Assembly (NCBI GenBank): GCA_903885595.1 | Contig: CAISJJ010000250.1 | Span: forward strand, 12,207-76,206 | Length of the DNA: 64,000 nucleotides | Source: an uncultured Bacteroidales bacterium | GTDB taxonomy: Bacteria > Bacteroidota > Bacteroidia > Bacteroidales > FEN-979 | Reading direction: 5' to 3' | Shown here: positions 20,247 through 29,719 of the stretch, piece by piece | How the letters are laid out: each line of letters opens with the position of its first letter | How positions within the stretch are numbered: position 1 is the stretch's first letter | The notes under the pieces: model-generated | What the model was told of the DNA's origin: nothing | Seen by the model: the letters and a program-made list of their open reading frames with translations, nothing else | Databases searched by the model: none | Position numbers and translations under genes: made by a program

Positions 20247-23200
20247 ATGTTGGCTTTGGAATCTCTTCTGGAACAATGGCAAACCATCAGGAATCCGGAT
20301 ATAAACAGCCATCAACTGGCATTGAAAATTATTGAAGAGACAGAAAATATTTTTGCCTCAAACCAGGAAGATTCTCTGAAACAAACATTCTGGTTTGATT
20401 GGCTGAACCTCACGAAAAAGACCGTGTTTCTTCAGGCCCTTGGAACCCATACAGACCGTATCCGATGGTCGGAGGTTGTTTTTCGCATCATACAGTCAAC
20501 GAATTATAATCTGAAGGACATGATGGAACAGCGTGTTGCTGAACATCCCAATCATGTCTTATTTAAAGATATGTCATCGGCTACCGCGATCGACTGGAAC
20601 TATGAACAATCATATCGTCATTTTCGTGAGATTGCCAGCCTCTTTTTTAAGTCAGTGCAGCATGCACCGCGTGTTGCATTTTACAGCGAAAATTGTTTTG
20701 AAGGAGCATGTACCGACCTGGCTTGCTTGATGTTCGGCATATTTGACACGCCGCTCAGCCCTCATTTTAAGATTGATGTCTTATTGCCGATTTTCAATGA
20801 ACTAAAAATCAATATTGCCCTGGCTGATACAGAAGAACGATTGTCGGTCCTTGAAAAAATCAATGAGAAAGCAGATAACCGGTTCACGATATTTTCATTG
20901 CAACCCGTCTCCCATAAGATGCACCAAATCCCATACATGGTTGCAGAGGCTAAAAAAATTTCCCGGTGGGACATGGATGTGATCCTTAACCGTCAACCTG
21001 CCATGAAAATCAACCAGGTCGCCACAACCATGTTTACTTCCGGCAGCACCGGTTTACCGAAGGGGGTTTCATTTTCTATATATAACATTATTTCAAAGCG
21101 TTTTGCACGCGCTGCAGCATTGCCTGAGGTTGGAGATGAAGTATTTCTTTGCTATCTGCCGTTGTTCCACACCTTTGGGCGTTACCTCGAGATGACTGGT
21201 GCCATATTCTGGAACGGAACCTATATATTTTCAGGCAACACCTCCTCGGAAACGTTGTTGTCGCTCTTTCCCAAAATGAACCCGACCGGATTCATCAGTA
21301 TTCCACTCCGATGGCAGGAGCTCTATGAACGATGCCAGGAAAGAATCAGCCATGTCGAAAGCAGGGAGCTCAGGGAACAAGCTGTTCGTGAAATTGTTGG
21401 AAGCCGGTTGCATTGGGGTTTATCAGCTGCGGGATACCTTGATCCGTCTGTATTCCGTTTTTTCAATGAGTATGGAATTTACCTGAACAGCGGTTTCGGA
21501 ATGACAGAAGCTACCGGGGGAATTACCATGACTCCTCCCGGCAAGTACAAAGATTTCACGGTTGGCATACCGTTACCTGGTGTCAGAACAAGGTTAACCA
21601 CCGATTCTGAGCTGGAGCTCAGCGGTCACTACATTGGCCGGTATCTTGAATCAGCAGGTCCGGATGATATAATCCCTTACCCTGTTTCGGCTTCAGAAGA
21701 TCATTGGTTGCCCACCGGTGATGTGTTTAAAATAGGAAACGACGGTTTTTATCAGATCATTGACCGGGTGAAGGATATCTATAAAAACAACCGGGGTCAA
21801 ACCGTTGCACCACAGGTTATTGAGAAGAAATTCTATAAAGTTCCCGGCATAAAAAATGTATTTTTGGTTGGCGACAACCGGCCTTATAATGTTTTACTGA
21901 TCGTGCCTGATAAGGATGACCCAATTTACCATTCACTTCAGGGCGACAATCTGAAAGAATACTATCACCAGATTGTCATGACAGCCAATAACGATGTAGC
22001 CACATATGAGCGTGTAATCAATTTTACAGTTCTTGATCGCGATTTTAGTCATGAAAAAGGTGAACTTACGCCAAAAGAATCGTATAACAGGAAAGTGATT
22101 GAGACCCATTTCAAAGAGGTCATTGAGATCCTTTACCAGAGTAATACCCTGCGTATCGATTCTGGTGAATTTACGATACAGATTCCAAAATGGTTTTTCC
22201 GCGATCTGGGAATCCTCGAAACCGATATCATTTATGAACGCAATCGGTTGGTTAACCGCCGGAACAATGCAACATTGCTCATCAGGAAAATGAAAGGCGA
22301 CTGGTTTCAGATCGGACATTTAAAATATCAAATTGTTTCAAACATCCTCGATATCGGTGTGTTGACCCGTCAGCCAAAGATCTGGATCGGGAATCCTGCC
22401 ATGATCGCATTTTGCCCCGTTAAAGAAGGCTGGGATCTGCCATTGAATTCGATTTCTGAAAGCATTTCCTTACCAGGATTCAAACAACTTGATGAGAAAC
22501 ACTTCCCAATTCTTAAATCTATCCGCGATCAACATCTGATTGATACCAACAACCTGATTTTCCGTACCTATTTCCGGGATGTTGAAGAGGCCTTCAAGGC
22601 CACCGAAGAGCTGGGTAAAATTCTCACCAATGCCGAGCCCCGGCTGGCCATTGCCATCAGGCACAGGCTTGAAGCGCTGGCGTACCATCCCGATGAAGAG
22701 ATCCGCTGCCTGGCATACCGTCTAATCCTTCTCAAAGCTCCGGCTCCGGAGGACATTCAGAATATGCCAGCATTCATTGAATCGGGCCTCACTTTTCTCA
22801 ACGAAAAATCGATCCGTGAGATTGCCTTGAGTAATTTCGGAAAGCACAGACTCGATGCGCTTAAACAACGGTTATACTGGTACCGGACGCACCTTAACTG
22901 GCCTGTATCAAAAAAACAACGACGCGCCTTTGAAGATGTCCTGGGCATGTTATATAACTTCGCCGTGCTGCATCTTGCATATTATGTGCCTGTGAGGGCT
23001 GAATTATCGCGATGGATACTACATAAACAAGACCGCTACCTTTCGAAAAAAGCAGAGCATTATTTCAATTCACTCGCCGGGGTTTTTGAGAGAGATATTG
23101 AAAGTAAATCGATAAGTTATTCGCTGCCGGAATGGGAAGAAAAGCTGGTGTTTGAACATGGGATTTCTGAAACGGAGAAGCGACGGATTTCTAAAATTTT

Positions 23201-24836
23201 TCAGTCCAGCACGTTTCTGCAGGAGAGTATCATTCTTACATTCAATGAGCAGGATTTTGACCTTGCAGATGTTCCGGCAAAAGGTATCTGGATCTTGCGA
23301 TTACTTGCTTACAAGGAATTTAAACACTACCGTTTGTCAATCAACACCGTAGAAGGCAAACATTTTGACCTGCATATGGTGTTCAGTGAAAATCCTGCTT
23401 ACAGGCCACAACCAGATACTTTTTACTGGCTTGCTTCACTTGCCGGATTCCCTTATGGACCAGCCGTTGCGCCGTTACTTGGCAGCAGCAGGCCCAGCCT
23501 CGGAGTCCTTACAACCCAATACATCGGAGGCTTAACGGCATGGGATAAAATCAGGGAGTTGTCGGAGATTCACCGTTCATCCGGTTATATCAAAGGAAAC
23601 GCCTGGAGGAAAATCTACATCAAATCGTTTGCAGTTATTTTCAAAGCATGGCATCACAGTGGTAAACAAATTGTACCCGGCGCTATCTCACCGGCCAATG
23701 TGGCTGTTCCCGAAATGGATTTCCGTGAAAGCGCTGTCGTATTGTCCCTTGCCGGGTGGTCTCCATATAAAAACACGTTATCGCTGGTGAACCCAATGCT
23801 TCAGGATTATTATTGCAAAACTGCATCCATTTACCCCTGGTGCCGCCAACAGTTAGATATTACCTGGATTTTCGATGCCTGTATCGAAGCGCTTGGTAAA
23901 GAAGAGGCATTCATTTTCTTTCGGGCATTGCAAGATGATATAAAAGACAAATCGTTAACCTGTTTTGATTCATCTGACCTTCAAACACACCTGAATCAAT
24001 ATATTGAAAAGACGATGAACCGGTATTACATGCCAGTTGCGCTTTATAGCGCCATCGACCATTACCAGGACTGGTATAAAATGAACCCGCTGACAACTGC
24101 TGCAGCCAAGGAACAGACCCTCGTTGAACTGCTCGAGCTTTACAAATTACAACAGTATGCAGAACTTTTGAGATACTTTTTTTACAGGCACACCTATTTT
24201 TCCGATGCCTCTGAGAATATCGTGGTTGCATTTGACAGGCTTATTTCCAGGATGGAAGAACAGCCTGACGGACTGGCCATCCAGTTGATCGAACTTTCAG
24301 ACCTGCAGTCGGAACTGAATAAAACAGATGACAAGAACATTTTCAGCAGAATGGTATTTCCAAGACTACACGGAGAACAGGGCATTGATTTTATGAAAGT
24401 GGGCGAGAGCAAAAAGAAACATCTTGTGGTTCGATTCACGATACAGGATAAATCGGGAAAACGATATATCCTGCGAGAGCCTATCGAAGCCCGGGAAACA
24501 GGTCAGCTTTATCAACTTTTTTATCGTGAAAAATACCCTAAGGAAATTGCAGATAACGATCATCAGTATGTTCTCACCGATGAGACTGATAAAATCGTAG
24601 GAGGCATTACATTCAGGATCATTGAAGATCACAACATCCTGCTCGATGGTATTGTCGTCACATCCACCCTGCAGGGAAAGGGAATCGCCTCGGGCATGAT
24701 CGAACATTTTTTTGCCAGTATGGCGGCACGCGGAGTTAAGGTTGTCAAAGCACATTTCCTTTTTGGCAACTACTATCTCAAACATTTTTTTGAAGTTGAC
24801 AGGAAATGGGGTGCGCTGATTAAAAATCTGAAATAG
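20247..24836 (+). CDS. Giant multidomain protein: ANL adenylation domain + helical/HEAT-like region + kinase-like segment + C-terminal GNAT
   Basis: MFTSGSTGLPKG, GFGMTE, TGD and IIDRVKD adenylation motifs; GNAT acyl-CoA motif VVTSTLQGKGIA; 1529-aa uninterrupted ORF. Confidence 0.85.
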   Translation: MLALESLLEQWQTIRNPDINSHQLALKIIEETENIFASNQEDSLKQTFWFDWLNLTKKTVFLQALGTHTDRIRWSEVVFRIIQSTNYNLKDMMEQRVAEHPNHVLFKDMSSATAIDWNYEQSYRHFREIASLFFKSVQHAPRVAFYSENCFEGACTDLACLMFGIFDTPLSPHFKIDVLLPIFNELKINIALADTEERLSVLEKINEKADNRFTIFSLQPVSHKMHQIPYMVAEAKKISRWDMDVILNRQPAMKINQVATTMFTSGSTGLPKGVSFSIYNIISKRFARAAALPEVGDEVFLCYLPLFHTFGRYLEMTGAIFWNGTYIFSGNTSSETLLSLFPKMNPTGFISIPLRWQELYERCQERISHVESRELREQAVREIVGSRLHWGLSAAGYLDPSVFRFFNEYGIYLNSGFGMTEATGGITMTPPGKYKDFTVGIPLPGVRTRLTTDSELELSGHYIGRYLESAGPDDIIPYPVSASEDHWLPTGDVFKIGNDGFYQIIDRVKDIYKNNRGQTVAPQVIEKKFYKVPGIKNVFLVGDNRPYNVLLIVPDKDDPIYHSLQGDNLKEYYHQIVMTANNDVATYERVINFTVLDRDFSHEKGELTPKESYNRKVIETHFKEVIEILYQSNTLRIDSGEFTIQIPKWFFRDLGILETDIIYERNRLVNRRNNATLLIRKMKGDWFQIGHLKYQIVSNILDIGVLTRQPKIWIGNPAMIAFCPVKEGWDLPLNSISESISLPGFKQLDEKHFPILKSIRDQHLIDTNNLIFRTYFRDVEEAFKATEELGKILTNAEPRLAIAIRHRLEALAYHPDEEIRCLAYRLILLKAPAPEDIQNMPAFIESGLTFLNEKSIREIALSNFGKHRLDALKQRLYWYRTHLNWPVSKKQRRAFEDVLGMLYNFAVLHLAYYVPVRAELSRWILHKQDRYLSKKAEHYFNSLAGVFERDIESKSISYSLPEWEEKLVFEHGISETEKRRISKIFQSSTFLQESIILTFNEQDFDLADVPAKGIWILRLLAYKEFKHYRLSINTVEGKHFDLHMVFSENPAYRPQPDTFYWLASLAGFPYGPAVAPLLGSSRPSLGVLTTQYIGGLTAWDKIRELSEIHRSSGYIKGNAWRKIYIKSFAVIFKAWHHSGKQIVPGAISPANVAVPEMDFRESAVVLSLAGWSPYKNTLSLVNPMLQDYYCKTASIYPWCRQQLDITWIFDACIEALGKEEAFIFFRALQDDIKDKSLTCFDSSDLQTHLNQYIEKTMNRYYMPVALYSAIDHYQDWYKMNPLTTAAAKEQTLVELLELYKLQQYAELLRYFFYRHTYFSDASENIVVAFDRLISRMEEQPDGLAIQLIELSDLQSELNKTDDKNIFSRMVFPRLHGEQGIDFMKVGESKKKHLVVRFTIQDKSGKRYILREPIEARETGQLYQLFYREKYPKEIADNDHQYVLTDETDKIVGGITFRIIEDHNILLDGIVVTSTLQGKGIASGMIEHFFASMAARGVKVVKAHFLFGNYYLKHFFEVDRKWGALIKNLK

Positions 24837-24890
24837 ATTTTTATTTCTAATTTTACAACCTGTAATGGAAGGTCATTGGTGTGAATAAAT

Positions 24891-24930
24891 AAGTTGGCAA
24901 GTTGGCAAGTTGGTAAGTTGGTAATCGGGT
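24891..24930 (+). repeat. Octamer array AAGTTGGC/AAGTTGGT x4
   Basis: aagttggc aagttggc aagttggt aagttggt aatcgggt upstream of icd. Confidence 0.9.
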
Positions 24931-24994
24931 AGACTGGTGAGCGGCCTTTCGGATTTGATTGAATCCTAATTTAATTTTAATAAAACACACTTTT

Positions 24995-26260
24995 ATGAAC
25001 GGAGAAAAAATCACTCTGATAAACGGGAAGTTGTTTGTTCCCAACTATCCGGTAATCCCTTTTATCGAAGGCGACGGAACAGGTCCTGACATTTGGAATG
25101 CAAGTGTCCGCGTGATGGATGCCGCTGTTGAAAAAGCATACGGCGGAAAACGAAAAATCATCTGGAAAGAGGTATTGGCAGGAGAGAAAGCATTCAAAGA
25201 AACCGGTGAGTGGCTGCCTAGGGAGACCCTTGACCTAATCCACGAGTACCTGGTTGCCATCAAAGGGCCACTTACAACCCCGGTTGGAGGAGGCATCCGA
25301 TCTTTGAATGTTGCCCTGCGTCAAATCCTCGATCTTTATACCTGCCTGAGACCGGTCAGATATTTTAAGGGAGTGCCTTCCCCGGTAAAACATCCCGAAA
25401 CAACCGACATGGTTATCTTCCGTGAAAACTCCGAAGATATATATGCCGGAATTGAATGGATGCAGGGAACCTCTGATGCTGAAAAAGTTATCAGATTTCT
25501 CATCGACGAGATGGGTGTAAAGAACATCCGTTTTCCCGACTCCTCATCCATCGGCATAAAACCCGTATCGAAAGAGGGAACCGAAAGACTTGTCAGGGCA
25601 GCTATTCTTTATACGCTCGAACATAAACGGCCCTCTCTTACACTTGTTCACAAGGGGAACATCATGAAATTCACTGAAGGTCAGTTCAAGCAATGGGGTT
25701 ATGAGCTTGCCGAACGTGAATTCGGAGACAAGGTATTTACCTGGATGACCTACGACAAGATCAAGGCAAAGGATGGAGAAGCTGCTGCAGATTTTGCACA
25801 AAAAACAGCCGTTTCACAGGGAAAAATCATCGTAAAGGATGTTATCGCTGATGCATTTTTGCAACAGATTCTAACCCGTCCGGCTGAGTATTCCGTGATC
25901 GCCACATTGAATCTCAATGGTGATTACATTTCCGATGCACTGGCTGCAATCGTTGGCGGTATCGGCATTGCACCCGGCGCGAACATCAATTATGTGACTG
26001 GTCATGCAGTTTTCGAAGCAACACATGGTACAGCACCCAAATATGCCGGCAAAGACCAGGTTAACCCGGGTTCCGTAATCCTGTCAGGGATGATGATGCT
26101 GGAATATATGGGATGGATGGAAGCTGCAAAACTTATTATAAAGGGGCTGGAAGGAGCCATTCAGAAAAAAAGGGTAACCTACGACTTTGAGCGGCTGATG
26201 GAAGGTGCCACCAAACTTACATGCTCAGGGTTCGGCACCGAGATTATTGCCAATATGTAA
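24995..26260 (+). CDS. icd: NADP-dependent isocitrate dehydrogenase (E. coli type)
   Basis: [47 protein letters not shown] and [10 protein letters not shown] motifs. Confidence 0.97.
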   Translation: MNGEKITLINGKLFVPNYPVIPFIEGDGTGPDIWNASVRVMDAAVEKAYGGKRKIIWKEVLAGEKAFKETGEWLPRETLDLIHEYLVAIKGPLTTPVGGGIRSLNVALRQILDLYTCLRPVRYFKGVPSPVKHPETTDMVIFRENSEDIYAGIEWMQGTSDAEKVIRFLIDEMGVKNIRFPDSSSIGIKPVSKEGTERLVRAAILYTLEHKRPSLTLVHKGNIMKFTEGQFKQWGYELAEREFGDKVFTWMTYDKIKAKDGEAAADFAQKTAVSQGKIIVKDVIADAFLQQILTRPAEYSVIATLNLNGDYISDALAAIVGGIGIAPGANINYVTGHAVFEATHGTAPKYAGKDQVNPGSVILSGMMMLEYMGWMEAAKLIIKGLEGAIQKKRVTYDFERLMEGATKLTCSGFGTEIIANM

Positions 26261-26272
26261 AAAAGCAGGCAA

Positions 26273-27844
26273 TTATTTTTCGAACCTGAGTTTGCTGAAA
26301 TAAAAAACCAGTCGTTTATTATTCGATTCAATCGCAATGTTTTTAATTTCCTGGTATCCATAACTGATAAAATAGTTTGCATACCAGGGAATTAACCTGC
26401 TTTTTGCTTCCGAAAGCAGTTTATCTTCCGGGTATAACATTTCCATTGAAGCAAAATCAAGTTTCTCTACCACTTTATTGCCCTGTATGATCTTTGAACC
26501 AATTTTTCCATCGGTCATGTAACATAAAACCTGGTCATTGCTGTCGGGGAACACCACCACTTTCGGAATCAATTCATGCGATACGAGATTTCTGATTTCC
26601 AAGGTATTATCCCAAATCAGCCGTCCATCAATATCAAAGCCGGCAACGATGGCATTGGCAAAGCGATATCCATCAAAAACTGAATAGGAATTTGTATAGG
26701 GCCTGCCATAATAATCAAAATCAGTATAATTCTCGGTACGATATTGGGGTGAGAAAACTTCTGCAGCCAGGATATACTGATCATTGAAACTCATGATTTC
26801 CTGGAGCATCAAAGTCAAATCGAGAGAGTATTCAGCCAATGGTTTGTTTTTCTTCGTAGCTTTCTTTTTCAGACTCATAATCTCCTGATCTCCAAGCAAG
26901 GAATTGGCATTTTGTAACTCAAGGAAGTTGTAGAAACTGATGGATTTTTGCACTCCGTTTCTGACAACACTTGCAAAGAAACCCGTTGATTGGTCCGGAT
27001 TCTTGTTTTTCTGGGACGAATTTGTTGCTACCTGGCCATAACTTCCGAGCATTAAATAATCTCCCGGCAGGGGTGAAATAACTTTGAAATGGTTCAATGA
27101 CCTCGGGCTGTCTGGCAATCCAATAAAGGTTTCGCCTTTTATCAACCCAGATGTATCATACCGGACCAGGTAGTTTTCAACACCTTTTTTCGATATCTGA
27201 CGGCTCACAATGGCGGCAACTTCAGGCAAAGCGGTGTCAGGTTTCAGCCACCTGACAGAAATCAGGTCGCCCTGTCCAAGCGGGAAGATTCGTTCATTCC
27301 CTTGCTTTAACCTGATATTCATTATTTTACCTGCCTGGCCCTTTACATTTATTCCAAGCCACGCCCGTCCGTGTTGAATGCCAAATGCAGCCACCTCAGC
27401 GTTTTCCTGCAAATTTCCTTTGTTCAAAACAAATTTGCCCTTATTCAATACAACCCGCAAAATCTCAAATTTATTTTCAGTGCTCCTCGATTTGCCTGTT
27501 GCAACAAAGAGCAGGGCCAGAGTGTCTGAACCATCCTGATGAAAACGATAATCCTGTTCATTGAGGAGGGGGACGCTTTTTACCCAAACTTGCTGCATGT
27601 TTGTATCGTAGCAGGAGAAATACCATTTCACATTAGAGGCATCAGCAATTTCCTGGCTCCTGAAAAATAAAATCAGGCCATTTTTTCCACATGGGATAAT
27701 GCGGTATGTTTCGTTGGAGGAACGGGCAGGAATTTCAATGCGCAACGGTTTATCCGTGTAACCCGGACCACTGGTTCCCTGGGCCTGCATGTATCCGCCG
27801 GATAAACCAACCATCAACAACACGATGTATTGAAAAGTACGCAT
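26273..27844 (-). CDS. Exported hypothetical protein
   Basis: Long ORF with a signal peptide (MRTFQYIVLLMVGLSGG); no motif recognised. Confidence 0.75.
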   Translation of the reverse strand: MRTFQYIVLLMVGLSGGYMQAQGTSGPGYTDKPLRIEIPARSSNETYRIIPCGKNGLILFFRSQEIADASNVKWYFSCYDTNMQQVWVKSVPLLNEQDYRFHQDGSDTLALLFVATGKSRSTENKFEILRVVLNKGKFVLNKGNLQENAEVAAFGIQHGRAWLGINVKGQAGKIMNIRLKQGNERIFPLGQGDLISVRWLKPDTALPEVAAIVSRQISKKGVENYLVRYDTSGLIKGETFIGLPDSPRSLNHFKVISPLPGDYLMLGSYGQVATNSSQKNKNPDQSTGFFASVVRNGVQKSISFYNFLELQNANSLLGDQEIMSLKKKATKKNKPLAEYSLDLTLMLQEIMSFNDQYILAAEVFSPQYRTENYTDFDYYGRPYTNSYSVFDGYRFANAIVAGFDIDGRLIWDNTLEIRNLVSHELIPKVVVFPDSNDQVLCYMTDGKIGSKIIQGNKVVEKLDFASMEMLYPEDKLLSEAKSRLIPWYANYFISYGYQEIKNIAIESNNKRLVFYFSKLRFEK

Positions 27845-27933
27845 GAAAAAGTTACTATGGAAGTACAAATGTAATGAAAAAAAGAAGCCGCCTTTTTGGG
27901 ACGGCCACTTCTCCTGATTTAAGAATACCAGCT

Positions 27934-29544
27934 TTATTGTACAATCAGTTTTCGCACAAGGGCGCTTTCCGTTCCCGGGATAAAAACCTGTACAAAGTAA
28001 ACTCCTCTGGATAATGAATTGACGTTCAACGAATAAAACTGCTGATCGGTTGACACTTCCAAAACCGTGTTACCTACGACTGAAATGACCCGTATCTCCT
28101 TTTTACCGCTCATACTGAAATTCAATAAACTTTTCACGGAGGAAGGGTTCGGATATATGGAAAATTTATCCTTTATTCCCTCCCTGTCATTCATCCCGGT
28201 TGATGGATCGCCGGTGATCACAATGTCATCCAGCTCCCACGTGGAGGCTTCAGTCGCCGTTGAAGTATATTTAAACCCAATGTAAACCTGCGCCCCGGTT
28301 ACTCCGCTTACATCGATGGTTCCTGAAGGGGTCCATGCATAATTACCCGCCGACCAGGTGGCTGCCAGTGGGGCCCAGGTAAAGCCACCAGGATTTGAAG
28401 TGCCGTCATAGTCATTTGATATCACCGCTTCCAATGGCGGACCAGTGTATTTGTATGCCGACTGGAACGTCAGGGCCTCATGACGATAGTCGTCAAAATT
28501 CATGGCCGGGGAGATCAGCCAGTCTTCATTGACATTTGATTGTCCGGCATATCCGCTCATCTTTGCGCAGGGACTTCCGTCAATTCCATGAATTGAGTCG
28601 ATCTGCCAGATTTCAGTCCCGGTAACATTTTTCAATATCCAGTTCCCAAATGTTTTATCAGTAAAGTGAATACTTTCAATTATAACGGTATTCGAAGTTG
28701 TCGCAGTTGCAGCTGGTGGGGTTCCATCTGTTTTAAAGTCAATGAGGGTTCCGGAATTGGTATATGGGAAAATTTTAAAAAAATACTGTTTACCGGGAGG
28801 CAAGTTTGTAAATAATGCTGACTGAGCACCTTGTAAAATATTCAGGGCTCCCTGGCCATCGGCAAGATTCGGATCATCGGGAACAGGTGTTCCGTCAACA
28901 GGGTTGAGAATATTATTCTGTTCGCTGGCTAATATCAGATACGCTGCAGGTAGCTGGGCTCCAATTGCATCGGTCCAGGCAAGATTGATTGTAAATGGTG
29001 AAAGCACTGCTGAATAATTGGTTGGATAATTGGTGGGTTCAGGCAATGGTCCGCCACTGTAGGCTGTCCAGATGATATTATCGATCGTGACCTGGCCTGA
29101 ATTTGAACTGTCAGCTTGCTTAAGCATAAGGATAAAATCGCCGGGAACATTCACCACCACCGGTCCCGTATTAACAACCGTGCCCTGGTTTGTAGAAATG
29201 ACGTTCTTGACAAGTAATCCATTGATGAAAAGATCAAGGTTAACTGCACCGGAAAATGTTTGCTTATAATCAAAACTGATCGTACCACAGCCGTTGTGTA
29301 AAATTCCGGAAACCATTTTTGCCGTTGGATTCCTTTTTTTCCCAAGTGTTGGCGAAGGTGCAACGATCACAGAATCACCGCGGCATTGGGAATATGACCA
29401 GGAAGAACCATCCATTCCTGTAAACGTTCCGTCATGATAAGCATTAGCTGTTTCAGGGTAATTCGTGAAATTTTCATTGCCTTGCCCAATTGCCCAAAAG
29501 CCTGAAAGTATGAAAACTATTAAAAACAGTAGCTGTTTTTTCAT
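27934..29544 (-). CDS. T9SS-secreted multidomain surface protein (DUF5017/choice-of-anchor-J-like domain + CTD)
   Basis: Signal peptide, NEDWLISP...VYIGFKYTS...WELDDI domain, and SIYPNP...GVYFVQV...KLIVQ tail. Confidence 0.82.
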   Translation of the reverse strand: MKKQLLFLIVFILSGFWAIGQGNENFTNYPETANAYHDGTFTGMDGSSWSYSQCRGDSVIVAPSPTLGKKRNPTAKMVSGILHNGCGTISFDYKQTFSGAVNLDLFINGLLVKNVISTNQGTVVNTGPVVVNVPGDFILMLKQADSSNSGQVTIDNIIWTAYSGGPLPEPTNYPTNYSAVLSPFTINLAWTDAIGAQLPAAYLILASEQNNILNPVDGTPVPDDPNLADGQGALNILQGAQSALFTNLPPGKQYFFKIFPYTNSGTLIDFKTDGTPPAATATTSNTVIIESIHFTDKTFGNWILKNVTGTEIWQIDSIHGIDGSPCAKMSGYAGQSNVNEDWLISPAMNFDDYRHEALTFQSAYKYTGPPLEAVISNDYDGTSNPGGFTWAPLAATWSAGNYAWTPSGTIDVSGVTGAQVYIGFKYTSTATEASTWELDDIVITGDPSTGMNDREGIKDKFSIYPNPSSVKSLLNFSMSGKKEIRVISVVGNTVLEVSTDQQFYSLNVNSLSRGVYFVQVFIPGTESALVRKLIVQ

Positions 29545-29660
29545 AAGTAATTAAATTATTGATGATTATTAAAAAACTTGAATGGTTTAGATCAGTATAA
29601 AATCAATTTACAAAATTCCGATATTTTTTCGATTTTACAGGTACCTGTAATATCTTTTGT

Positions 29661-29695
29661 AAAAAAAGGGCTGATCCTTTTCCTGAATCAGCCCT
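29661..29695 (-). terminator. dnaK intrinsic terminator
   Basis: AGGGCTGAT...ATCAGCCCT stem with an A-tract (U-tract on the minus strand). Confidence 0.75.
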
Positions 29696-29719
29696 AGAGC
29701 ATTGTTAAACACGAGCGGA

